DNA from: Octopus vulgaris
Taxonomy: Eukaryota
Length of the DNA: 64,000 bases
Direction: 5' to 3'
NCBI GenBank assembly: GCA_951406725.2
Contig: OX597818.1
Span: 42,656,001 to 42,720,000 of the forward strand
Below are positions 12,461-24,205 of the stretch, in pieces. Numbering within the stretch: position 1 is the stretch's first letter; each line of letters begins with the position of its first letter. The notes below the pieces were generated by a model. It had not been told where the DNA came from, did not search any database, and saw only the letters and a program-made list of their open reading frames with translations. A program made the translations under genes and the position numbers.

Positions 12461-15140
12461 ATACAATGAGCTTCTATGCAGTTTCTGTATATCAATTTCA
12501 CTCACAAAGCACTGGTCAACCCAGAACTTGTGAGCTTGGAACATTTGGTTGAGTTCTGCATTTTGTTTGATTGAATATTGCACGGGATATGGATCTCAGA
12601 TCCAATCACGTTGTGCATAATACTTTCTAAATAAAATGGACTGTCGTTGGGAACCTACGTTTCTCCATATGTAACCTTAACAAAACCCCTATGACACGAG
12701 ACGTGAAAGGTTCCAGGAGGACACGTCATGATATTTTCCCTGCTGTTATAATGAAGCACTTGTAATCAATGACAGCCAGAGCTGAATCATTTATACAACC
12801 ACCAGAATCCGTGATGCATTTATTTGGTCCACTGGATAATTTAGCAGAGGAATAAAGTCTCGCTGTTATTTAAAGTTTTTTTCTTGTATTATTTCCATGA
12901 GTAAACGTGCATCACATGCTATATAATGGTGTGTAAAATTCTGTAGTAAACCAAGAGAGACTTACAGCTAAACTTCCGTCCAGGATAGTTTTTTTCCATA
13001 TCCCCAACTTCACAGATATTCTGAAACTTTCAATAAAATACTTTGATATTTGGTCAAGAATAGCATATTCTATGTTGCTTTCTGAATAACTACTGTGTGC
13101 ATTACATTTTAATCTCTACAGAACACTAAAACTTTGTGGCAAGAAAGCAGCTGAGATTTGAACCATAGTTTTCAGGTTTCCCTAGTTGAGAATCACCACC
13201 TAATATACTTCTATAAAAGGAAAAGAATTGCCATACAAGATATTAATACCTATGCAAATATGGCTTGGACAATCATCACTCGCAACTTCAGAGAAAGTAA
13301 GTTTTTCTGCCAAAGAATCTACAACTTTCTGGACAGACGATTATTTAAAGGCAAAGAAATTCAGCTTAGAGAAAGCTTTTGGGGGTTTATAAGGGGCAAC
13401 TTGCATGCACGTATGGAATCTTTCACTTCTCAGGATTTACACAAGATTTTTTTCTTGTCCTGTTTGGTTATCTCAATTTGCTCATCTTGCTCTCCAATTC
13501 ATAAGCCTTAACTAGTAGTATTGATTAACCAATATTCATTGCATGCAATGATTAATATGCCTTGTACTACATATATATATAAATCTATTGAACGAACATA
13601 TGTAAATATTTGGAAACTCAAATAAGTCTTAGTGTGGTTATTATCAGTACATGCAATATAATAGCCTACCGGACAGAACAGCTGGAAAAGAAAATAGGAA
13701 TAACATATTTTATTAAAATGTTACTAATTCGACTAGGTGTTTATCGTTGACTTGCTTTTTCTTTGACATCTTATTTGGTTGATGTTGACTGATCACAAAT
13801 TCTTTTAACTTCTGGTAAGGAAATATTTGAAGTTTGAGGTCTTTGAATGGACAAACTATAAATAAAAATGTTGAAGCTATGAGATAATTCATTAATTCAA
13901 AACAACATGTGAATAAATAAGCATCATATTTGGCAGAATAATCTGAATGCTAAATGGTTAATACACAGAAGAATTAAACCAAGAACAATCTTATTACTTA
14001 TCAGGAATGAACTAGATGATTGTCATAAAGGAAAGAAATGGTTAAGAAATATTACAGATGCTTCAGGTTAACTAAATACTAAACATAACTAGCACTCATT
14101 TTTGCCAGCCGAGTGAACTGGGGCAACATGAAAAAGTGTTTGAGGTCTTTGAATGGACAAACTATAAATAGTGAATCTAGCTGAGGACACGTCACTGCAA
14201 AGATGACTCAATGTCTCGCAATCGTGCCTCGCCTATTTTTTATTCTTCGCTCACACAATGGAAAAGAAAACCTTTTTACATTGATTTTAATATGTTGTAA
14301 AACATGATGTTTTAACAATCAACTTTTGAACATTGTCTCTACCTGTTTATTTGAATATACGACTTTCATTCATTTATTTAGTTTTTCAACTTTATTCAAG
14401 TCTTTTGTCATTTCTATTTAAAGTTTGGGCGTTGAAGAGTCCGCCTGACTGGTCCCATGCTGGTGGCACATAAAAAGCACCATTCAGGTGTAGTCAGTGC
14501 CAATACCACTCAACTGGCTCTTGTGCTGATGGTACGTAAAAAGCACCCACTGCTTTCTTCGAGTTAGGAAGGGTTAGTGGTTGCCGGATCAGATTGGAGC
14601 CTGGTGCAGCCTCTTGGCTTGCCAGTCTGTAGTGAAACCATCCAACTCATGCCTGCATGGGAAGTGGACGTTAAACGATGATGATGATGATTCTTTCTTT
14701 GAATAGAAAAGTTTCAATCGAGACCACCAGCTGTCTATCATTGTTGAGAAAAGACTGACAAAGATAAAGCTTGCATGTCAACTCTGCAATATGAAAAATA
14801 ATTGTTTTCAAATGCTATATAAGATATTTTCTGAACTTCTACAAGTACATTGAGAGAAATATTTCAGTTTAGCAATGTATGCTTTGATATTTGGTTGTGT
14901 ATGTATATGTGCTTTAAAATATATGATTGTATTATCAAGAGTAAAAGCATGTGTTTGTGCTAACAATAGGTGACAAGCTGGATAGTAATTTCAACAAGTG
15001 ATATGACATATTGAGACATGCTACTTATAAATAGTCGCAATTACTTAGATGGTCTCTCACTGTCGCTGATGATAATGTGTTGTAATGGTAATGATGTTAC
15101 AGATGGCTTCAGCCGGAGCCAGAGGCTAAAATGTGTGAGG

Positions 15141-15665
15141 ATAATAATAATAATATTTTTGTTTTGTCTTGGTATAAAAGATGGGCTACAGCAAATATTC
15201 TGCTCTATACCACAGAGTTGCTTGTCAGTTGTTTGACCTTAACCAGTTGAGCATGTCCCTTAGTGGCTGACGGTATGTGCATCTCTGATCACGAACAAAA
15301 GTAGTGGGGGAGCATCATAGCCATGTGTTGAGAGGGATTCTTTGGGGTTTGAATAATTCACTTCTGGAAACATGGGTGTTTTGTTCAACTTCCTTAAACC
15401 ACCCTTATTCAGGGACCGTTTGAGCAGATTGGGTTACTCGACCGGAAGAAAATTGTAATTGGGCCCCACCTGCAAGGTCATGCACTGTTTATCTTCATAT
15501 GAAATCATGTTGTGCACATATGGTTATGATGCATGTGCCTGGTGTACCCTTATCAGATGGGCAGTTATGATGGGTATACTGGGCTTCATATATTTTAGCC
15601 TAGTGTCACTTTGATGACATGCGCTGCTCTCTTACACAATAGTAATAATAATAATGATGATGATG
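15141..15665. mobile_element. Retroposon-like insertion into an (AAT)n tract
   Basis: Flanked by (aat)n on both sides. Absent from the paralogous site at ~31530 (gtgtaataataatgttaaaacaacac). Confidence 0.7.
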
Positions 15666-16008
15666 ATGATAAAACAACACACTAGGCTGTGGCTATCACA
15701 TGTAAAATATATATACCTGGAGCTGACAAACTATAAAATTTATATATTACAATGTTGACAAAAGCAATGATTGTAAAGTCACAGAAGGTCAAGCTGACAT
15801 TACTAATTAGTAAAAAAATATTTGAAGACACAAAGTGAAACTATTTTATTGTTTCTAGGCTAAGAACAAAAGAAACATTAAAAAGATTAATTAACAAAAA
15901 TATCAAAATTCATTGCAAGTAGACCAAAGGTTTGTAGTTAGAGTCTTGATTCAATTTCTGTTCCAAACATAACAATCCTCAACATTTAGTAAAAACGGAG
16001 TCCCTTAA

Positions 16009-16228
16009 CCCTTTTGATACCAACTCGGCTGAAACCAGCTCAGGCTCTGAGTACAAATGTCTTATTTTCATAAGTTTTGAATTAAAATCTTCCACCAAAC
16101 CTTAGTCACAATTTATGTTCCTAACACTAGCTGAGTGATAACTAAGATATTTTACTAAACTCTTTGTTATATTTAAAGTAATTGAAAGAAACGCAGAGCA
16201 TCTCAAAATAAATACAGTAACGGAAAGG
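16009..16228. mobile_element. piggyBac-like MITE, family 1 (reverse orientation)
   Basis: TTAA on both sides. The paralogous empty site near 32297 has a single TTAA (ccccttaaaattgctaaactgagacc), confirming the TSD. Confidence 0.9.
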
Positions 16229-16591
16229 TTAAGATTGCTAAACTGAGACCATATCTCACCAGTGTTTTAGACTAACTGTCCCCCAAAGCCTTTCAGTTTT
16301 TTGGGGGTTTCTTTTTGTTTGTTTTTTCACAATTTTACTCCCTCATCATTTCTGCACTTTTTCCTTTTTCCATAAGGTAAGAAACCTCAGGGGACAACTA
16401 CACTCCAAATCTTTTCCCATATCTGTTGGTTAAACTCTAAATTAATCCAAAGCATGAATTTCAGTCAACAATATGTCATACCCACATACTGTGAAACACT
16501 TGTTGAAATTACTATCCAGCTTGTCACCTATTGTTAGCACAAACTCATGCTTTTACTCTTCATAATACAATCATATATTTTAAAGCACATA

Positions 16592-16920
16592 GGTGCAGGA
16601 GTGGCTGTATGGTAAATAGCCTCCTTACCAACCACATAGTTCCGGGTTCAGTGTCTACTACTATAGCCTTGGGCCAACCAAAGCCTTGTGAGTGGATTTG
16701 GTAGATGGAAGCTGAAAGAAGTCCATTGTATATATGTATATATATGTGTGTGTTTGTCCCCCCAATATAGCTTGACAACCGATGCTGGTGTGTTTATGTC
16801 CCTGTAACTTAGCGATTTGGCAAAAGAGACCGATAGAATAAGTACTGGGGTCGATTTGCTCGACTAAAGGTGGTGCTCCAGCATGGCTGCAGTCCAATGA
16901 CTGAAACAAGTAAAAGAGAA
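16592..16920 (+). mobile_element. tRNA-derived SINE family A, near full length
   Basis: A/B-box-like head (gagtggctgtatggtaa...gggttcagt), central (TA/TG)n, 3' end atgactgaaacaagtaaaagag. Confidence 0.85.
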
Positions 16921-17489
16921 AAGCCTTATTTTGGATTAGTGCAACATATATTCATTTAAGCAACTTCCAAGGAGAATTTTCATCCAACAAAAACTCTAAC
17001 CAATATGGTAACTGAGAAAGCTTTTTCACCAATAGGCTGTGGAAGGGAATTTGTAAGTGTGAGAGGCATGAAATTCAATTCAATGGAAAAATATCTAGAA
17101 TTTTTTCTTTTGTTTGAAGAAAAGATTACAGCAGCTGTACCTATAACCTTCCTTGAATTTGAACCTGGAATATTTAAATTTGTAAATCAAAACTGCAAAC
17201 AAATCATTTACCATATTTGGTAATGTTGAACCTGGAATAGTTAAGTTTGAAAGTCAAAACTGCAAGCGAATAATATTGGTTTCAAATTTTGGCACAAGGC
17301 TAGCAACTTTGGGGGAGGGGTTAAGTTGTTTACATTACCCTAGTGTTCAACTGGTACTTATTTCATTGACCCCAAAAGGATGAAAGGGAAAGTCGACTTT
17401 AGTGGAATTTGAACTCAGAACATAAAGACGGACAAAATGCCACTAAGTACTTTGCCCCTTGTGCTACATATTATTATATTTGGTTGACA

Positions 17490-18997
17490 CAATTGTCAAC
17501 CAGAGTTAATTTTGTAATATATCCCTGACTCGGTTAATACACCAACCAACATTTTTTCCAAGCAATTATCATTGACGTCAGTTTTCGATGTGATCTGTCC
17601 TCATCTCTCAGCAATTTCATAATTTTTTTAATTCATACACTTAACCTACAAAATTACAACAAATTGTATATTATTTGTATAAAATGTTTCATGTTATTAA
17701 TAAACAACGTTGAAGACAATTATTTCTCCTCTAATTACTAATTACTATTAATTATTCAATTTTAAACCATAAAACGTTGACCTTGAAGGCAACGCGTTAG
17801 AAAACACAATCATGACTCTGAACTAATCACAAAATGAACGGTCTTTCTCACCCTGCCTCCTTTCAGCAACTTTGACATTTTCTCAGCATTGTGAATTTTC
17901 ATGTTTGTCTTCTTCTACATTTTATACGCCTACAGCTCATGTACGGAAGCACTCTAAATACTCACACAAACCTCTTGCTGGACTAACATGTACAAAGCTG
18001 CTTGAAGCCACAAGAGCAACACCACTGAAGTAATCATCATCATTGTTCGACCGTGGTCGAGACAATGGAATTTACTATGTTACACCAGACCTCACGGTCC
18101 ATCATAGCATTACAGAGGTCCTGTTGCTGAATGCCTGTATCTCTGGAGATTACATCAGGGTAGGAGAGTGTGCGCCCTCTGGTATCGCCAGCAGATGGCT
18201 TCCAGAGGAGAAGAGTAGAAATTACCTCGTTTTCAGCTCTACAACAATGTCCAGCAAACTAGACTCTTCTACCTTTCACAAGAGATGATACAGGTGGTAA
18301 TTTCCCATATATTTGTACTTTGGTTGGATGACACTTCCATGAGATATTTTGAGCTCTCATAAGGAGGCAAGTGTAAGTTCCATCCAACCACCTCTCAAGC
18401 TTCTTTGATAACGTTCAGGTTTCTGAGTCATATAGTAGAATTTGTTCAACTGTGGCTTTGAAGATTTTAAGTTTGAAATCTCTACTTAGATTTGATGACC
18501 AGAACTTATGCATATCATTACAGGCTGACCAGGCCATACCTTTTCTAGTTAGAAAATCTTTTTCAGATGATGATATGTATGACCCAAGTTATTTGTAAAC
18601 CTAGAAGAAGTTCCAGACACCCAGCTGAACACTTAACAGACACTGACTTTGCTCTTATCAGTGATTCTTTCTCCAATGCCCAGTCTCTTTTACAATCTCT
18701 TGAACAAACCTCAAATTGTGTAGGTCTTTACCTCAATGAGTCCAAGACTGAATATGTAAACAAGTGCCTGTCCAATAGTGATTTCATCATCCATACTCTC
18801 AACAATACTGAAGTAATAATGTTGTCACATCCATTTGAAGAGGATTTCCTTGTGCATTATAATAGCCACTTCTGACATGGCCATAATTTGAGTGTTGCAA
18901 CAACTATCTGGGAACCCGTTGCATTTTTCTCTTAGAAGCTGAAACCGATACAGTGCATTCACCGAGAGATGGAAGCTATGTGTTTGTCAGCAAGTCA
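17490..18997 (+). pseudogene. Old decayed Ty3/Gypsy pol relic (RT/RNase H), interrupted by an RTE LINE
   Basis: Broken frames read PASFQQL*HFLSIVNF (~17850) and SDMAI..VLQQL.WEPVAFFS*KLKP (~18870-18945). These parallel [16 protein letters not shown] and [25 protein letters not shown] of the intact element. Confidence 0.65.
18035..18806 (-). mobile_element. 5'-truncated RTE-type LINE with 5' inversion
   Basis: (GAT)n tail on the left. 18035-18598 is minus-strand and 18599-18806 is plus-strand (RT text DTDFA..LISDS..AQSLL..VGLYLNESKTEY). 11-bp TSD actgaagtaat at 18024-18034 and 18807-18817. Confidence 0.88.
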
Positions 18998-19712
18998 TTG
19001 GAAGCCGCTGCTCTAAAGCATTAGAGCAATAATATATTTTTAGGTAGTCACAACTTATGGCTGTGCTGGTGCCATGTAATTAGCACTCACACTCTAATGT
19101 TGTTGGCTTTAGGAAGAGCATCCAGCCATAGAAACAATGCCAAAACAAACACGGAGCTCAAGCAGCTCTTCAGCTAGCCAGCTCCAGTCAAGCCATCCAA
19201 CCCATGCCAGCATGGAAAAGTGACATTAACTGATGTTATTGTGCTCAGAAAGACAGTTGCTTCAAGCAAGAGTTGTGCATTTTAATAGTATGCAGGTGGC
19301 ATTCAAGTCATCATCCAGTTTATTTTGTGTTTATATTATGTAACACTGAAAACTGTTTCATGTCAGCATGTTGAGAAAATGATTTGGGAATGCAGTTTCA
19401 TATACACATTAAAATTATATTCTTCCTAATTAGTTTAATGAATTGTCTAGAGGTTGACTAAAGGAATTTCTAGATTTCCTAAATTCAATCATTCAGATAT
19501 CTTTATTTTAGACTTGTGAAACCTGCCTTGTCGCTGTTATCATCATAGTCCACTTTTTCCAGGTTTAACTATCACATGATGTCACGATAGGCCAGCAACA
19601 ACATAGATATATGAGACCAACTTCTTTCAGTTTTTGTCAATCAAATCTACTCACAAGGCTTTGGTCAGCCAGGGGCTATCGTAGAAGACACTTGCCCAAG
19701 GTCCCATGCAAT
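18998..19712 (+). repeat. Direct duplicate of 9385-9945
   Basis: Colinear from gccgctgctctaaagcattagagcaataata to gacacttgcccaaggt, including non-repeat sequence. Confidence 0.9.
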
Positions 19713-19757
19713 TCTCTCTATATAATGTATGTATGTATGTATAAGTATATATATATA

Positions 19758-20120
19758 ACAAAGTGAAGTTGTAAGGTACCGCACGAGAGGAAATATATAT
19801 GAAAGAAGGTTTGAAAATGTAATTTTAAAAGATGTTTATTCACTTGACCAGTTTCACTTTTTTTAGAAAAAGATTGTCAAAAGTAAAATGTAAAGCTTTG
19901 TTGTGTTAAGTACTGGTGGTCACAAAAGTATTAAAATACATAAATACATTCTTTGATAATAAATGAAAATGTTAAAAACAGTTTACAAGAAAGTATTTAA
20001 GAAAATATTCAACAAAAAGTATTAGGTGTTCAATAAAAATCATGTTTGTTTGTTTGGTAGTATCTATATACATACACAAAAAAGTATTAGGAGCTCAATA
20101 AAAATCATGTTTGTATGGTA
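19758..20120 (-). mobile_element. Possible Penelope-like element remnant between (TA)n tracts
   Basis: Contains a minimal hammerhead-like motif (19842-19884) immediately followed by AATAAA on minus. No ORF evidence. Confidence 0.4.
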
Positions 20121-20844
20121 GTATATATATATATATATACACAGAAGGAGATATATTTAAGAGTTTACGAAGAATTTGAGTGGAACCAACCTGTCTTCCT
20201 AAGATTTTTTATTTTGTGTAGCTAAGGATTGTTTGCTATTTTAAGGGGCAGTGTGGGAGGTTGGTTGGGGTGGGGGGAAGGAAGAGCAATGTGGAATTAA
20301 AAGGATTTCTTTGCTTCTGGGTTAGTCTGAACAAACAGGCATTGTATAGATCCATGTCATCTCTAACTGAGTAGACCTACGACTTCTAGGAGGTTGGTTT
20401 ATTATTCAGCTACAATCTTAATCTTTGCTCCTTGATCACGCCAACCAAAATTAAACCAACAAATATCGATTTCAAACTTTGATACAGGGTTAGCGATTTC
20501 AATGGAAAGGTAAGTCAATTAATTCGACTCCAATACTCAACTGGTACTTATTTTACCAACCAGGATGAAAGACAAAGTCAACCATAGCAGAAATTGAACT
20601 CAGAATGTAGAGACAAACAAAACGCCACTAAGCGTTTTGCCCAGCTTGCCACCTTTAAACCAACAAATATTAATCATCAGATAAACTACCTGGAAAGACT
20701 TCTTTTGTACCCGACCCCATAAATTTTTTTTTTTTTTAATATTACACATGGTGGAAAACTGATTTCCAACCATTTCATATAATAATGAAGAGGAAGTCAT
20801 AAAAATTAACTATTTCTATTAAAAAAAAAATTCATTTCTGTATA

Positions 20845-21243
20845 ACTCTTTACTCTTTTACTTGTTTCAGTCATTTGACTGTGGCCATGCCGGAGCACCA
20901 CCTTTAGTCAAGCAAATCGACCTCAGGACTTATTCTTTGGAAGCCTAGTTAGTACTTATTCTATCAGTCTCTTTTGCTGAACCGCTTAGTTATGGGGACT
21001 TAAACACACCACCATTAGTTGTCAAGTGATGTTAGGGGTGGAAACATATACACACGCAAACATATACACACACATACATATATGTGATGGGCTTCTTTCA
21101 GTTTCCGCCTACCAAATCCACTCACAAGGCTTTGGTCGGCCCAAGGCTATAATAGAAGACACTTGCCCAAGGTGCCACGCAGTGGGAATGAACCCGGAAC
21201 CATGTGTTTGGTAAGCAAGCTACTTACCACACAGCCACTCCTA
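20845..21243 (-). mobile_element. SINE family A, full length
   Basis: Reverse complement of the 16592 family, from tail (ctctttta cttgtttcagtc) to head (ccacacagccactcct). Confidence 0.88.
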
Positions 21244-21929
21244 TTATGTATATTCATGTCCCAAGATGTACTAAAGGAAGACTACCTATAAAAACAAGTG
21301 AATAAATATACATACACACATATCTATAGCCTATAAAATATAAATCTCAATAGGTTCTTCTCATCATTGATTAGAGCTATGATCAAAAGTATCCAAGCTT
21401 GACTATGTCTTTTTCCTGGACAGAGTGTATCCAGAACTATATTATTCAATATATTTTTATTCCAAAGACTGTAAAGTAAGGTATGGTTTGAAGGACATTT
21501 GGTTGTTATTTCTTGCAGTTTCCTCTGAACATAGGTGCTTAAGGGAAACTACTTTTAATTCTCAACATTAATTATTTCCCTTACATCACTAATGTTAATC
21601 TTTCTGTAGCTGCTTGTGATCACACCTATCTTATTAATGATTATCATCAGCAATTATAGAATTTTATTTAAGTCATAAAACCGACATTTACTCAGCCTGT
21701 TTTAAATTATATTTGTGGCTCATATCTTTACAAACTGCTTTCAGAAATTAAGGCGTGTGAAAGTCCTTTCTTTAAAATTCATACTAAAAGCTATTCAAAA
21801 CTCCATTCTATGTTTTAAATTTTATGTACCAAAATCAGGACGCGTGAAAATTATTAGGGACAGAAAAAAACTTGCAAAAGTTCCTCCTTATATTCATAAA
21901 GATGCCAATAAAATAGTGACCGAACTTAC

Positions 21930-22120
21930 ATAGCAGCAAAATATATGTGGAGAAAGTAAAATGCATGTGCCTTGTGAGAGGGAGTAACTGCAACAGCGAG
22001 TGTTGCTGGCCATTCTCCGCAGTAAGGCCATCGCGGTCATCACCGCGCGGCGCGGCTGACACCCCACTTGGTCTGGGATATGTGACCCATCGACCCTTCC
22101 CTCTCCATCTTCCGCTGCTT
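21930..22120 (-). promoter_or_regulatory. CpG-rich putative promoter/first exon of an unidentified minus-strand transcript
   Basis: Local CpG cluster (ccgcgcggcgcgg), GCGGAAGATGG on minus, and a consensus GTAAGT donor at 21929-21924. Confidence 0.4.
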
Positions 22121-22334
22121 TACCCACCTCCTCTACCCACACACACATACCTTTTTCTCCCCCCCCCCTTTTTTTTTCATTTTTCTTTCTTATTTCCTGT
22201 TTCTTTGTATTTAAATGTTCTAATACAAGACGTGTAGAGCATGAAAATATATATATATAATATTCCAAACTTAATGTACACTATTAAGACTATGGCATAG
22301 CCTTGAAGTTTTTAGTCAACGAATCGACCCCAGT

Positions 22335-22782
22335 CAGGGCCGGATTTAGGCCCATAGAGGTCCTGAGGACTTAAAAGGTTTTGGTGCCCTCAAATATATG
22401 TAAATGTTTCAAAATGTAAACAAAAGTAATTCAAAATGGTAAAGAATAATAAACTATGAAATAATTTTTTTATTTTTAAAAATGAAACAAAATTAACAAT
22501 AAGATAGAAAGTAAGATTTATTTTTGTATGCTTCCACTTTGTTTATATTTGAAAAGTTTTCTCCCTTTTTTTAACGGCAAAGTCTTCGATGATGTTATTA
22601 AATTTAGGGTTTTTACGTAACACTTCTGCTTCTATACTTAGAAGAGACAAGGCATTACGAATATTATTTTTAGCAAGTTTAAAGTGATTTCTTTCGTGCC
22701 GTAAACCATTTCCATTTTCGATGGTGCCCTCATCCCTTGATGGCGCACGTGCTTGTTATGCTTTATGGTTAATCTAGTCATG
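22335..22782 (-). mobile_element. Internally deleted hAT transposon nested in a SINE
   Basis: 8-bp TSD ACCCCAGT at 22327-22334 and 22783-22790. Imperfect TIR CAGGGCCGGATT. The minus strand encodes NALSLLSIEAEVLRKN.KFNNIIEDFAVKK, resembling a hAT transposase C-terminus. Confidence 0.85.
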
Positions 22783-22844
22783 ACCCCAGTGCTTATGTGT
22801 TTTCAGCCTGGCACTTATTCTAACGGTTTCTTTTTGCAGAACCA

Positions 22845-23119
22845 GGATCTTTTCCTTTTGAACGGCAGTTTTCAACACAATTTCTAGTTAACTAAACACT
22901 TTTAAACTTCGTATACTGGTAGAATGTGTCAAAATAAAACAATTGATTGGTTAAAATTCGAAAAATTAAACTACGTTAAACTTACAAATTACAATTTTCT
23001 CAAGAAAGCCAGGAGAAAAAAATGTTTTATTTTGACACATTCTACCAGTATACGAAATTTAAAAGTGTTTAGTTAACTAGAAATTGTGTTGAAAACTGCC
23101 GTTCAAAAGGAAAAGATCC
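22845..23119. mobile_element. Foldback MITE with GGATCT TIRs (Merlin-like), nested in the same SINE
   Basis: ~95-bp TIRs GGATCTTTTCCTTTTGAACGGCAG. 8-bp TSD CAGAACCA at 22837-22844 and 23120-23127. Confidence 0.88.
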
Positions 23120-24205
23120 CAGAACCACTTAGTTACGGGGACGTAAACAACCAGCACCGGTTGTTTAGCAGTTGTGATGGACAAACACCGACAGAAATAC
23201 GCACGCACACACTCACGCCCGTGCATACATACACACACATCACACACACATGCACACGCACACATACACACATATACACACACATTCCGTCTACCAAATT
23301 CACTCACAAGGCTTTGGTCGCCACGGGGTTATACTAAACGAGAGTTCCCCAAGGTGTCCCACTGTGGGACTTAACCCGTAACAGTTTGGTGCAGATACAA
23401 ACTTCTTACCAGTCAGCTATCAGTACACACATAGCTAGTCACACACATACATACGCATATTTATATATACACCTATGCATGTGCATACAAATACATATGT
23501 GTGTAGCAAATCTTGCATGCATGAAGTGGATTCGATCCACCGCAGCCAAATTTAAATTAACACTGCTACAGAACTTTTGCCGCGGTGGAACAATGGTTTT
23601 TCTCTGACAGCAGTTTTACATTTTCCAGATACCTTTAGCTAGGCCGAAATAATGTTTTCACTACTTGACTCTTTCTAACCTCTTCTACTTCACCAAAAGC
23701 TAGAGTAAAGATAACAAGACCACCAACTAAATCTATTGTTCTCAATGATATATCTTTCCTTCTGGATAGTTACATAAGCAATCACACCCCAAGCAAAAAT
23801 CAGTTAGTCACTGCGGTGACAACTCAGAGAGAACAAAGTCTGGCTGACCAGCTAGAACTTTGGTCAGAGGGAGAAATAAAGTTTACTGTCAGCAACGTCC
23901 CACACCCTACAATTCTCACTAGCTCTAATTCTATCTCTCTCAGCAATTACTACTACTAAACAATGAAGAGGACACAAACACAAACCTTTCATTCGCATGC
24001 TTTTGGATTTACCTTAACCTGCCAGTCGAGGCAAGGTATTGTAACGTAACAGTAAATAAATATTTTCTTTAAACTTCATGCATTTGTCTATCTTACACAT
24101 TTTACAACTTGCCGTTTTAATAACAACAAAATATTTATCGTCACACCAACTGACTTCAACATCAACATATTATTGTTTACAAATCAAACTTTTACCGTTA
24201 CAACT

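Larger units (their letters stand above)
14161..16340 (+). repeat. Segmental duplication, copy 1 (paralog of 24884-32415)
   Basis: Colinear with 24884-24994 + 30861-32415 once copy-specific insertions are removed (SINE B 14441-14690, repeat 15141-15665, MITE 16009-16228). Confidence 0.92.

Noticed and set aside
13158-13511. 117-aa plus-strand ORF
   Set aside because: TTG start, no recognisable motif and no supporting splice structure.
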